From NCBI GenBank assembly GCA_047967505.1, contig CM106538.1: a stretch of 64,000 nt of DNA; one strand, given 5' to 3'. The position numbers and the translations under genes are program-made. This document shows, piece by piece, positions 51,891-64,000 of this stretch; the stretch's first letter is position 1, and each line of letters starts with the position of its first letter. The stretch comes from Dipteris shenzhenensis. Lineage: Eukaryota. The notes under the pieces were generated by a model. The model had not been told where the DNA came from. It worked only from the letters and a program-made list of their open reading frames with translations, and made no database searches.

Positions 51891-54825
51891 TATTGAGATA
51901 TCGAGCTCCACTCGTGATATGCCAGGGTGACCGTTGTGCATTTATGTCACCGACTTGTTAGCTGCAGATGCGGTTGGTACACTGCCCATGAATAATAGCT
52001 AGATGATAGCTATCTTTATGTACTCTAATTAGTGACTCAGTTAGTATGCCACCTCGGTTAGCTGAGTTTGGTTTGAGACCCACATATAGGGTTCACCTAT
52101 TCCTTTTGTACTAAGAGAGATTTTTTTGGCTTTTACAACTAAGAAGAGGAAATTTGTTTTCAGCCTCCACCTTTGTGTGTATGTGAGAAAGCTGTAAGTG
52201 ACACTCGTTCCTTCTCTTCCACTCACTTCACATGGTATCAGAGCTCGGTTCATGGTAAGGAGCTCAAGAAAGCAAACCAAGTTCACAGTGTCTTGGTAAG
52301 AGGATCAGTGTTGCGTTCCTTTTTTGAGTTTGGGAGCAAATCTCTACAGGTAGCACAGTCGAAAAGTGCAAGAGTGCACTGTCTTAGATTGGGATGCCCT
52401 TCACGGTGTGGCGAGAGGGTACTATATGCTGCAGCCATTTCAGGGCCTGTTTCGGTGGTGGAAGTTTTCCACAGGCACTCAAAAAAGTGCCCTGTTTTTT
52501 GCTGTGCGACCACTGTTATGCAGGTCGGTGAAAAGTTGCCGCATAAATTACATCGTATGTCTGTGTGCAGAGATATTGGGAGTGACAGAATCATTTTTAT
52601 TGCCTGTTGATGCAAAATCGTCACTAGGAAGTGACTATGTGGTCAAATACCACTAAATTCATCAGTTTTGTAGATTTGCCCTTGTGAGGCAGAAGTTGTG
52701 TTTTTTGCAGTGACAGAATATTTCTGTAATGGCATCTGATGCTCTTTCTTAGATAGTCTTTCTTAGATAGTCACTGAAAAGCTTGACAAGAACAACTTCC
52801 AAGCATGGAAGTTTACAATGACGAATTTCCTAAAGGGAAAAGGCTATTGGGAGTTCATTATTGGAGCTAAACAAGAACCAGTTATTTCAGAAATGAGCAT
52901 TTATTTATGGTGCAGCACATGACCAATTATGTGACAAGTGTAGAAGAAAGCAATGATGTGTGGTATGTTGACTCAAGTGCATCAAACCACATGACAGGTC
53001 ATGCAGAATGGATGCAAGATGCAAGGAAAATGGAAAGACTAGGATTTGTGGAGACTGTGATGATACTGCACATCCTATTGTGCAGATTGGTAAAATTCCT
53101 TTGTCTATGAAGAATGGGAAAAAGAAATACCTGTCTGATGTATTTCATGTCCCGAATATCACCAAGAACCTAGTTTCTATTGGTCAAATGGTTGAGCAGG
53201 GCTTGTAGGTCAAATTTAATCCTCATGGATGCTTTGTTGAGGATATGAAAAGTAAAGGTCGCTTGATAGAAAAAGGGAAGAAGAAGGGCAGGATGTTTAC
53301 ATTGGATGTAGACATGCCTAAATTGAGTGCAGCAATGTTTGCACATGGGACCGATGTAGTTGCAGATATTGATATTTGGCATAAATGCATTGGTCATGTT
53401 AATGTACGGTGACTTAAATTAATGCAGGCCCAAAATATTGTTACAGGATGGCCTAAGTTCAAAGTTGCAGGAATGCATAAGGTATGTGAAGCTTGTCAAT
53501 TTGGAAAACAAGGAAACCATTTCCTAGACATGTTCAAGAGAGTAAGAGGCCATTGGAATTAATCCACTCTGATGTGTGGACTACTAAAGCTGCATCTATT
53601 GGAGGCTATCATTATTTTGTCACTTTTATTGATGACTACAGTAGAAAAGTTTGGGTGTATTTAATGAAAAAGAAAAGTGAAGTGTTTAGGCATTTCAAAG
53701 CTTTTAAAGCTATGGTTGAAAAATAAACAGGCTTGCAAATAAAATGCCTAAGGTCAGATGGAGGGGGAGAGTACCTCTCAAATGAGTTTGCAAGGTTACG
53801 CAGCAATATTCATGCAATCATACCCCACAGCAAAATGGACTTGCAGAAAGGAAAAACATGCATGTTGGAGAGGTATCTCGTGCCATGCTCAACGAAAAAG
53901 ACCTGCCAGATTATTATTGGACTAAAGGAGTTGCTACAGCAGTCTACATAATGAACAGGACTCCCACTGTAGCAATACATGGCATGATGCCAGAGGAGAG
54001 GTATACTGGTAGGAAACCATATATTTCTCATTTGAAATTTTTTGGTTGCATTGCTTATGTTCATGTGCTAGATGAGTTGAGATCCAAGTTGGATCCAAAC
54101 GCTGAGAAGTGAATCTTTATTGGTTATTCTCTGCAGCAGAAAGGGTATAGATGCTATAACCCTTCTACTCATAAGTTTACAGTGAGCAGAGATGTTGTTT
54201 TTGATGAGATGAGTAGTTGGTATAAGCCAGTAAATGTGATTGATGATGTAGATGCACAAAATGGTAATGCTACACAAAATTCGTAATCACAAAATATTAA
54301 TGGATGTGTAGTGTCCTCTAGCAGTGGTTCACATACTTCACCATGGATAGTCCGATTGAGATCACGAGAATCTCCTCAAAGCAATGCAAATAGTGGTATG
54401 CAAGTATCACAAAAGGGAAAAGAGAAAGTAGATCAGCCCATGGTTGATGTGAATGCAGGTCACTCTTATGTGTATGGTGAATCTAGTGGCTCATCCAGAA
54501 TAGAGCCTTGATGATGAGTTGGGTATTCCTTCTGTTGTTACATCTAGAGTAAGGAAGACAAGGGATGTTTTGAGAGCACCTGGTAGTGAGCCTATTTCGC
54601 ACAGGTCTACCAGAGTTAAGTATCCTGTGGATAGGCTGAAATATGATGGATTTATAGCCATTCACTATGCCTATATGGTCAAAGTGATACACAAACCAAA
54701 ACCCACTTCTTTTGAGAAAACCATGGATGAAGAAATGGATGCCTCGGAAGCAAATGCTACATGGGAATCGGTGCCTTTGCCTAAAGACAAGAATGTAATT
54801 GGCTGTAAGTGGGTTTATGTAGGCT
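51891..54825 (+). mobile_element. Truncated, internally deleted Ty1/copia element
   Basis: PBS TGGTATCAGAGC at 52233-52244 after a probable LTR (start approximate). gag EKLDKNNFQAWKF joined directly to protease WYVDSSASNHMTG; integrase LIHSDVW/LRSDGGGEY; ends at IGCKWVY. Confidence 0.88.
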
Positions 54826-54829
54826 AGCA

Positions 54830-55063
54830 AGTGCGATCAACAGAAGAGGTTTTATAATTTCAGGGATTTACAAAAAGTATACATGCATAAGGGGTTTTTT
54901 AAATAAAAAGGAAAAAAAATGCATACATAAAGGATACTTTAATCATCTCAAAATTTATAGAAGGGGTATATATAGGTTATAAAAATCCATATGTAAGGGG
55001 TATTTTTAATACAGGCCATGATCGCAGGTGCTATATGGGGTTTTTACAAAGTGCCCCCCTTGG
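54830..55063 (+). mobile_element. 5'-truncated MITE related to 30667-30913
   Basis: Shared 3' part taaggggtatttttaatacaggcc.tga...gggttt.taca.agtg.ccccc. Confidence 0.6.
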
Positions 55064-57216
55064 GAAACTTTCAACTGGCATGATGTCTGCCCTCCAGTAA
55101 TACATGTTAGTAAATTTGGATATACCATTGCCCTCAAGCAAGTGGAATATGGCACGAATTGCTTGAAAATACAAATAGACCAAAGGACACACTATCGGGT
55201 TCGATGATGTATATTATGCAATGAAATGACATATGATATGCTTATAAGCCATATAGCAAGAAATTGCATGGAAAAAGAACGAATACAAAATTGTAAATAA
55301 TGTTGGATTTATTAAAAGATATTTGCACATGCAATAATTACACATTTTCAAATTTTCTATTCTAAGATGAATCTAGATACCAATATTAACAACTATTAAT
55401 GTTTTAAGTCCACCATGCACTAGTCCCATTAGTTTGGCTTTCAATTTTTCAATTGGTTTTGGTTATGGAGCATGCCCTCGAATGGTAGTGCATAATTTTA
55501 GCACAACATTGAAGGTCCCTTAAAACAAATCTAAGGTTTTTATTTAGGTGTGTCCTGTGATTTTAGAGAAGCTCACGTACTGTACATTTGAATGATTGCT
55601 TCATTGCATGTATGTGTAGAACAAAGTTTTAATGTTTTTGAATTAATTGTTATATCCGATACTTTTGAGGATGCAAGCTTCATGTGTGTAAAATTAGCAC
55701 TTGTAATGCTTCAATGTCTCATTCCAAATCTTTATTCCATATGGTTCTGGTCTCATATTTAAAATTGGAATGTGTGTTACATTTTCAAGATAAATTTTAT
55801 CAAATTTTGTTGAGCAATGCATAAGTTTTGGGTTAAGCATGATACCTATATGAAAAAAATGCCCTGAACCTCACTAAAAATGGCTACACCCAAGAAAACA
55901 TTGACCCTCCAAGGTCAATGTATCCAATCAAAGGCCAATGTGCTCCCGTATTGTTTAGCTTCTTAGTCTAGACTAAGGTGTTGCATACTCCTAACCCAAG
56001 TGGCCCTTTTGAGTCTAAAACTCCCCTAATGGATGATTTAATTTGGCATTTATTTAGTGCAGGTGTTCACAATCATATTTACTCCCCAACGGTGGGCAAG
56101 AGATGTGTGGCTAGATAGAACCAATTCCATGATATGATTTGCATTTTATCTTATTTTTTCATTAGGTCACCCCCTACTACATGACCTAGATAGCGACCAA
56201 ATAACAAAAGGGGTTAAACACTTTGGAATTTTGGCCGGTTTAAAGGCAATGTGCACAAGGTACAAGACAAAATTGACAAGTAGGTAGCTTAGTTTGAGAG
56301 AACACTTGCATAGTCAAATACTAATTGGGCATGACATGATGGGTTGGCATTTCACACTAATGTCATTGCATAGGTTTAGAACCTGAATGATGGATAAAAT
56401 GATCAAATGAAGAAAAAGATGATGTTTGGAGAGTGCCACCAATGGCAAAATATCATTTGCATTTTGTTTTATGTTTTCATTATGTCTTTCTTCTATTCCT
56501 AGTCTGCACCAGACAAGAATTTCATCTAGAGTAACACACACATGGTATTATATGCCATGCACACATCCTAGTACCACAAGGAGATACTACCCTTCCAAAT
56601 TTGGCCACTTTATAGGCAGTGTGGACAAAGCCACAAGAAAGATGAACCCAACAAGCTAGTAGCCTAGTTGAATGGAGAGAACAACTCCATAAGGATACCA
56701 ACTCTCCAAACTTCAGCCACCATGACAAAATGTGGATAGGCCAGCTTGGCCCTAATAGAGAGAACACCTTGCGAAGCTATTACTAACTAGGCATCACTTG
56801 AGGAATTGGTATTGTGCATTGTGCTTGTTGCAACATTTAGAAGAAGAGGGTGGATGAGAGTTACGTGGATTGATTAAGTAAAGTCACTAAGGACTTTTTT
56901 GCTCATTAGACCATTGCGAAAATATGATTTGCATTATTTTCAATTTTTTTCATTGGGTCTTTATTCAATTCATAGTGGCCACATGCGAATTCCGCCCAAG
57001 GAGATAAACACCCTATTGTATGCCACCTAAGCATGGCCACAGGGAGGTACTACGCTTTCAAATTCTGACCATGTGTGGAAACGCCATGAAATGAACCTTA
57101 ATGAACCCAACAAGCTAATACCTAGTTGTAGTTCACATTAATGATCTTGTCGAAGGCCTATTAAGAAGACACTGGATGAGAGGTTAAAGTGCCAAAATAT
57201 CATTTGCATTATGCAC

Positions 57217-57362
57217 AAGTGTTAATTATTAGGCATCTTGCAAGGGATTGTCATTAGCCAGTGACATGGCAAGTAGGATCGAGAAGAAGAAGTGTTAATT
57301 ATTAGGCATCTTGCAAGGGATTGTCATTAGCCAGCGACATGGCAAGTAGGATCGAGAAGAAG
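57217..57362. repeat. 73-bp tandem duplication about 500 bp upstream of LOX
   Basis: aagtgttaattattaggcatcttgcaagggattgtcattagccag...gagaagaag at 57217 and 57290. Confidence 0.92.
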
Positions 57363-57848
57363 ATGGATACGACATTGGTAGGTAGCCCTCCTACTTCATC
57401 TTTCTTGGTCATGAAATCATGAATGGAACGACCATATAACCCTCCATTTGTTGTGAGACCCAAGTTTGATTCCCTTTTCTCCAAAAGAGTAATCTGGATA
57501 GTCAACCTATGACCTCATTCCTGTAGTATTCACGCATGTTCGGACAAAGGGAGAGTCAATGGGGATTGAACATGAAATTCATGTTCGTCGGCTACCCACG
57601 CTGTGGACAACCCAAAAAAATGAAAGCATGAGGGCCTAGAAGCTGGTTGTGAATAATGTAGAATACGGCCCGTGCGAGGGACGTCACTGAGTCCTGACGC
57701 TGGTCCTTAGGCCAAGCTGTATATTCGTATTCTATACAGTCCTGGTGAGTCGTCTGCAAAGCTGCCAGAAGTTGTAAGCTCCTCACCGACCTCATCTTGG
57801 CCTCTCACCCCGTTTGCAGCTGGCCAGCCCGCTCAGTTCATCGCAGAT

Positions 57849-60800
57849 ATGACCATGCTGACTGTGAATGCCACCGTTGTGATCCTCAAGGAGAGTTTGG
57901 TAGACCTTGGTATTCATGTGCTTTACAATTTCATGGGCAGTAAGATTAAGCTGCATCTCGTCAGTCTCGACATCGATCCAGGCAAGTTTGTGCATGGCGT
58001 CTCGGATGTTGTAAATTAAAATATAGAGATACTCTTTATCTGGAAAGCATAGGTTACTGCTCACCTTATCAATTGTTTGAAGACGTGGAACGAATTGTGT
58101 GCAGAGACACAAGAGGGCAAGCGCAGCGCAGAAACGGATTTGAAGATCTGGGGCTCGGATGGAAAGTCCCATCCTCATCCAAGCGATGACTTATACTCTT
58201 TTCTCGCCGTCACGTTCTCTATACCTACAGATTTCGGCAGACCCGGAGCCATCCTCGTGCTAAGCGAAGACTCCAACGAGTTTTTTCTTAAATCGATCAC
58301 CCTGGATCTGCCTGACGGCCAGGAAATATATTTTGCCTGCAATTCCTGGATAAACATCGCCAAGGCATACGAGGGGCCTCGCATATTCTTTGTCAACGAG
58401 GTTCACATCCCCAATGGTTTTGTTAAACGTTCCTTGTAGCTGAGGCCCAAGCTGATGCGTAAATTTCTCCGGGGTTGCAGCTTTTGTTTACTTTGGAGGT
58501 TACTTGCAGGCTTATCTTCCAAATCAGACACCGCTGGCGCTAGTAAAACTGCGACGCGATGAGCTTGTGAACTTGCGGGGAGATGGTAAGGGTGAAAGGC
58601 ATAGTAGCGAGCGAATCTACGATTACGATGTTTACAACGACCTGGGAAATCCAGACAACGGAGAGGAGGCTGCGAGACCTGTGCTCGGCGGGTCTAAGGA
58701 GCTTCCATATCCTAGAAGATGTCGGAGTGGACGCAAACCCACAAACTCAGGTATGCACATTGAACGAATATTTAATGGCAGAAGCCCATGTAACTGTTGA
58801 CGAAACTGTGTGCGCTTGTGCAGATCCTAACTCAGAGCGGCAGGGTTCCTTATATGTACCCCGAGACGAGCAATTCAGCCCTATGAAGTACCAGCAATTC
58901 ATAGCTGCTGGCATTAGATGCTTCAGACATGAGATTTCTACCATGATCCGGAATCTGTTGAGCCAGGCGAGTCATTTCAGCTTATTGGATGAGATTCATG
59001 ACCTCTATGTGGGATCCTTAAAGGAAGTGCGTCGAGAATTAGCAAACGCATGTGGGAACCCTGAAGATGGAACACTCATGGACTATCCACCACCCGCAGT
59101 AGTTCAAGGTAACAGCATGGTATCCGTTGTTCAGTGCATTCAAAAGCATCCTTGAGTCCCGATCCGGGGAAGACTGCTCAAATTGATCTATAAACTGTTG
59201 TGCTTGCAGCTGATAGAGAAGCCTGGAGGACCGACGAAGAGTTTGCACGTCAAAGGCTTGCTGGAATGAATCCGCTTGTGATTTCGAGACTGACGGTAAT
59301 GTTGGAATATAATCCTTGTAGTTTAATACATTAAACAATACAAACAGTTGACAGACCGACCCGAATTTTGACGACCGGCTCTCCATATGCTTCGGTCAGG
59401 TGTTCCCGCCTGTGAGCAAACTGGATCCTGAGGTCTATGGGCCATCTACATCGTCTCTTACAAAAGAGCATCTGGAAAACAACCTAGATGGCCTGACGGT
59501 AGAGGAGGTATCGTGGTCGCATACTTGGATTGATGAAAATTCAAAGCTACTGTTCACTTCGACCATCTACTCACTTTTGAAGATGTGAACACACAGGCAC
59601 TGCAGGAGAAGAGGCTTTATCTTCTCGATTACCATGATACTTATCTGCCATTCGTCGAGAAGATCAACGCTTTGAAGGCGAAAACGTACGCTTCTCGCAC
59701 AATATTCTTTCTAAGCAAAGTCGGTATTCTGAAACCCGTTGCCATAGAGCTCAGTCTACCTCCCAAGTGCAAAGGTGAAAAGTGTGAGACCAGAATTTTC
59801 AGGGCACCTCCTCCTGGCGTAATAGACTGGCTCTGGCGGTTGGCCAAAACCCATGTGGTCGTTGAAGACGTGGGATATCACGAGCTCTGTAGTCATTGGT
59901 AGTATCCTTCGTCTTTATCAAAGCTACTCGCGGCAGAAGTAGTGGCTCATATGTTTCTCATGAAGCTGGATTTTGATTGATGAAGTTTGTTTGTTTGTTG
60001 TATTACTACATGGAGTGGCTCATATGTTTCTCATGAAGGTGGATTTTGACTAATGAAGTTTGTTTGTTTGTTGTATTACTACATGGAGTAGGTTGCGAGC
60101 CCATGCTGCCATCGAGCCCTTCATCATAGCAACACACAGACAGCTGAGCGTCCTGCATCCTGTGCACGTATTACTGTCTCCTCACTTCAAGGATACAATG
60201 CACATCAACGCTTTGGCGAGGGCGAGTTTGATCGCTGCTGGAGGCTACATCGAAAAAACTTTCACTCCACGCAGATATTGCATGGAAATGTCATCAGTGC
60301 TGTACAAGAATTGGCGCTTCGATGAAGAATCTCTCCCTCGAGACTTGATCAAGAGGTCGTATCCTTGTGGCATACCTTCTCTAATGTTCCGAGACAGAGG
60401 GTCTAGTGATTTTAGTGTGGTGAGATCTGGCGGCTTCTGTGGTGATATTTTGATATCTTGATACAAGACTGAGGGAGATCTAGAGATTTTAGTGTGATCA
60501 CTTCTCTAATCATCAACAGTTTTAGTTAAAGAATTTGTTCTAGTGACTTTCATCAGATTATCCATTGAGTACTTGTGATTTTCATGAGATACGCGTTTGA
60601 TCAACAATATTTGGCATCTTAAGTTTTAAGAGATCGACACTGACGCAGTCGCGATGATTGTAGGGGAATGGCCGAGAGAGATGAGAAGGAACCGCACGGT
60701 TTGAAGCTGAACATCTCGGACTATCCATATGCAGTGGACGGGCTAGATCTATGGTGGGCAATAGAGTCCTGGGTGAAAGACTATGTGGGCATCTACTACA

Positions 60801-61426
60801 ACGATGACACGGCTATAAAATCAGATGAGGAGCTCCAAAATTGGTGGAAAGAGATCAAGGAAGTTGGGCATGGAGATCACAAGGATGCAAGTTGGTGGGT
60901 GGCCATGGACAAAGTGGAAGAATTGGAAGAAGTACTATCAACAGTGATATGGTTAGCCTCAGGACATCACGCAGCTGTAAACTTTGGGCAATACGCTTAT
61001 GCAGGTTTCATGCCAAATGCTCCAACTATTAGCCATAAACTCATTCCAGAGATAGGAAGCCAAGAGTATATGGAGATGTCCAAAGATCCAGAGAAATATT
61101 TTATGACCTGTTTGGCAACCAAAGGGGAGGCTATCTTAATAATGGCAGTAGGGGAGGTATTGTCTCAACACTTGGCGGGTGAGGAGTACATAGGGCAGAG
61201 AGAAGACCCCAAGTGGACTAGCAATGAGAAGGTGTTGGCTGCTTTTCAGGACTTTGGGAGGAAGGTAGAAATGGCTGAGGCTAAGATGGTGGCAAGAAAT
61301 GAGGTGCAGGACTCCCTCAAGCTTGCCCACCGTGTTGGTCCCGCTTTAGTACCCTATACCCTCCTCTGTCCCTCCTCTAGTCAGGGCCACACACTTAGAG
61401 GTGTCCCCAACAGTATCTCCATCTGA
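57849..61426 (+). CDS. LOX: Lipoxygenase, complete 9-exon gene (predicted 13S-LOX)
   Basis: Exons 57849-57981, 58105-58400, 58510-58750, 58824-59108, 59210-59295, 59400-59507, 59597-59898, 60092-60355, 60664-61426. PLAT domain, [52 protein letters not shown]. Start codon is the best guess. Confidence 0.95.
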
Positions 61427-64000
61427 CACCATGGTTTGTGTTTTTTCATGCTTTTTTTGAATATGGATATAGATATGTTTGTCCTATGTGATCAAGGGAA
61501 ACACTTTTAAATATGTAAATGTAACACACGGGTTTTTCAATAGTAAACACTTACTAAATTTTATAAAATATACTTTTGGAAGAGGGGCTCTTAATTGGGT
61601 AAGTCTATAAGCTTATATTTAAAAAGGGAATTTTTATAGCATTAACTTTTATAAAGCTATGAGACTATGATTTTGGGCATATCTTATGCATATCACTTTG
61701 GTTGCAATTGGAGCCATGTTTGCTTATTTGTGGTTTGCATTGGGTCGTAGTGGTTACTTTAGAGGTCATTTGGATGCATTGTGGTCCTTGTTGGATGTGT
61801 TGGTATGCCTAGATTGCCCTATGAGATGCTCTATTTTAATGAACACTTTGCACATGGATGCTATTCTATATTGAGGGATAGCTTTGACACATTGTAGTTG
61901 ATGTACTGATAATGCTATGGTATCTTGGATGAGATATTATTGATGCATATGGTCATGGATGGTCTTTATCCTTAAGGCATTTGGCACTTATTGACATTTG
62001 GATTTTCATTACAGTTGGCAATTTCTTTTGGGCTAGATTTGCTCATATGGATGCATATTATATGCACATGATTCGGTTGCATTTTAATGCTTTGAGCTTT
62101 GAGCTATTACTCTTGGGATAGGGACATTGGTATTTTGCAATACCTCTAATTTGAAACCACCCAAGGTTAACATGTCAACCTCTCCTTGTGTTATGTTGGT
62201 CCGTGTATCAATGGGCCACATAACTAGAAGTGTGGGGATTAGAGAGATATTGATATCCACTCTCCAAGTGTGTGTTTATGTAGCAAAACCACATCATCTA
62301 TGTTTGTGTAGCAAAACCACATCATCTGGGCTATTGGGCCATGATTAGGATGTTTTCTCAAGGAAAAGAAGTATGGTGAAACAATCCCTTCCTAGAATCA
62401 CAAAGTGGTTGGTTGCACTTGCCATTACGTGAGGTCCGCCCAAGACATTTCACACAGCTTCCCACATTTGTTCTTCTAATGGCCCAAATTGTTTGGTTCG
62501 CAACTCTCTCCACCACACATTACCTATCTTGCACAATAGATGTATTATTGCGATTCTCATCATTGATAGTGGTGCTAGCATGAGGTGTACTCACATTGTT
62601 AGGTGTAGTCACATTGACTCCCCTTGGAGGCTTGCATAATTTTGATCCATTGTTTTATAATTGTATTCAAAGAGATGGTTGCTTTCTTCATCAAAGTCAA
62701 TGATAGTCTCATCCTTATTCTTTGTCGGACAATCTCCCTATCACCCTCCAAATTGGTTCTCTTATGATACATAGGGCTTCCAGCAACATGGTTCTTCACT
62801 ATGCATATCACTTTAGATATAGCTTGTTTGATTTTGATGATGAGGATCTGTTTACTAAATTTTGCAAACTAGGGCCATGAGCTATTTGCTTTCCCCTTTT
62901 AAAGGCATGCATCTTAGCACTTTGAAGTACACCATTTGCCAAGTCAGTAATAGTAGCAATGATATAGGCTAATCTTTCCCTTGAATCCTTTAGCTACAAG
63001 CCAACTTCCATTCTTGCTCTCTAAAAGATCTCCACGAGGAGTGTTGGCTAAATTTTTGCTATTTATAATCTATGCAAAAAAAGAAAAGGTAATGAGGATG
63101 AGAAGGTTTCTCAAACGATTCAATGCATCAAGTTAAATCAATGTTCCAAATAGGAAAATTGGACATTCTACACACATGTATTCACCCCAATGCGTCATTC
63201 TTACAATCCACCAACTTAGCTAGCTATCCAAGTATGGAATTTTAGACTTCTTGACCTTCCTTGTCTTCCACCATTATTGGATATCCATTTATATCTCTTG
63301 GGCCTCGTCTCTTGTCCTTGGAGTTCTCCAAGAATCACATAAGTCTTTGTACTCTCTGTGGTACTCTTTTTGTGCTATGCAATAGTGTGGTGGTGGAGGC
63401 TTTGCTGCCAATGAACCAAACATGATCTCTCATGTCCAACCATAATATTATCAAAACCTCTATTAAATACATGGCAAACTTATCTTCAATTGGATTGAGC
63501 CTCATTTGCCATGAAACCAAAAAGACTTGCCTTCACATGCGTGGAGCACAAGATGAGGCTCATTCAACATCTCCCAAAAGATTATATGTGCATCTTTATC
63601 TTCCTCTTTCGTCTCACATGTTGCTATTGTTAGCAATTCCTGCAAGTTGGTCATGGAAAAGTTTCATGATTAGGAAGCACAAATTAATTGTTGAGCATAT
63701 CCAAATAGTAAGTTAGGATTATATATACATGGCAAGCAAGTTCTGAACATTTCTAAATGCATAGTAGACCTAGGATCATATACATGGCATGCTAGTGTTG
63801 TCCATCCAAGTATCCACTTTGGATGGTCAAACATGACCCAAGAATTTTTAAGATCTTTGTTTCCATCACAATTCATTTGCCTTACAAGGTTTACACCTAA
63901 AGTAGGTCCTTTTGTAGACATCTTGAATATGAAGCAACATTCTTCCTCAAATCCTTGCCTAGAAAAATGACTGCAATGGAAGAATTCATACATGGAGTTT
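60859..64000 (+). repeat. Segmental duplicate of 1-2131 plus 8003-9030
   Basis: Near-identical sequence; the copia is absent, with a single CTAAT at 62969-62973. Confidence 0.98.
62115..64000 (-). pseudogene. Mutator-like transposase relic, second copy (uninterrupted, runs off the window)
   Basis: Same WVMFDH...WTTLACHVYD and FMANEAQSN...FHWQQSL segments as copy 1. Confidence 0.65.

Noticed and set aside
57792-58178. 128-aa antisense ORF over LOX exons 1-2, and similar antisense ORFs over the TE genes
   Set aside because: Shadow frames of real coding sequence with no independent motifs.

Overview
Land-plant genomic DNA, heavily repetitive and CpG-depleted (a fern or other non-seed plant is my guess, not established). 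The only clear host gene is a lipoxygenase in a tandem duplication: the last exon of one copy at 1-568, a complete 9-exon copy at 57849-61426, offset 60,858 bp. Between them lie nested transposons: a full-length Ty1/copia element (2132-7997; its empty site is visible in the second copy), a Mutator-like transposase relic, a 17.9-kb CACTA-type element with atypical CACAA ends and an ATA TSD (10962-28822), a second CACTA relic, a hAT transposase flanked by two 9-unit repeat arrays, gypsy and copia fragments, and a family of ~250-bp MITEs with 8-bp TSDs. The most unusual items, all from manual translation and not database-confirmed: (1) a degraded Transib/Chapaev/RAG1-core-like transposase (37230-39875, minus) head-to-head with an FCP1-like phosphatase relic; (2) a degraded beta-class N4C/N6A DNA methyltransferase-like gene (about 30580-31740) that may be cargo of the Mutator-like element once the CACTA insertion is removed; (3) a hairpin repeat/spacer array showing a compensatory base change (43952-44641).
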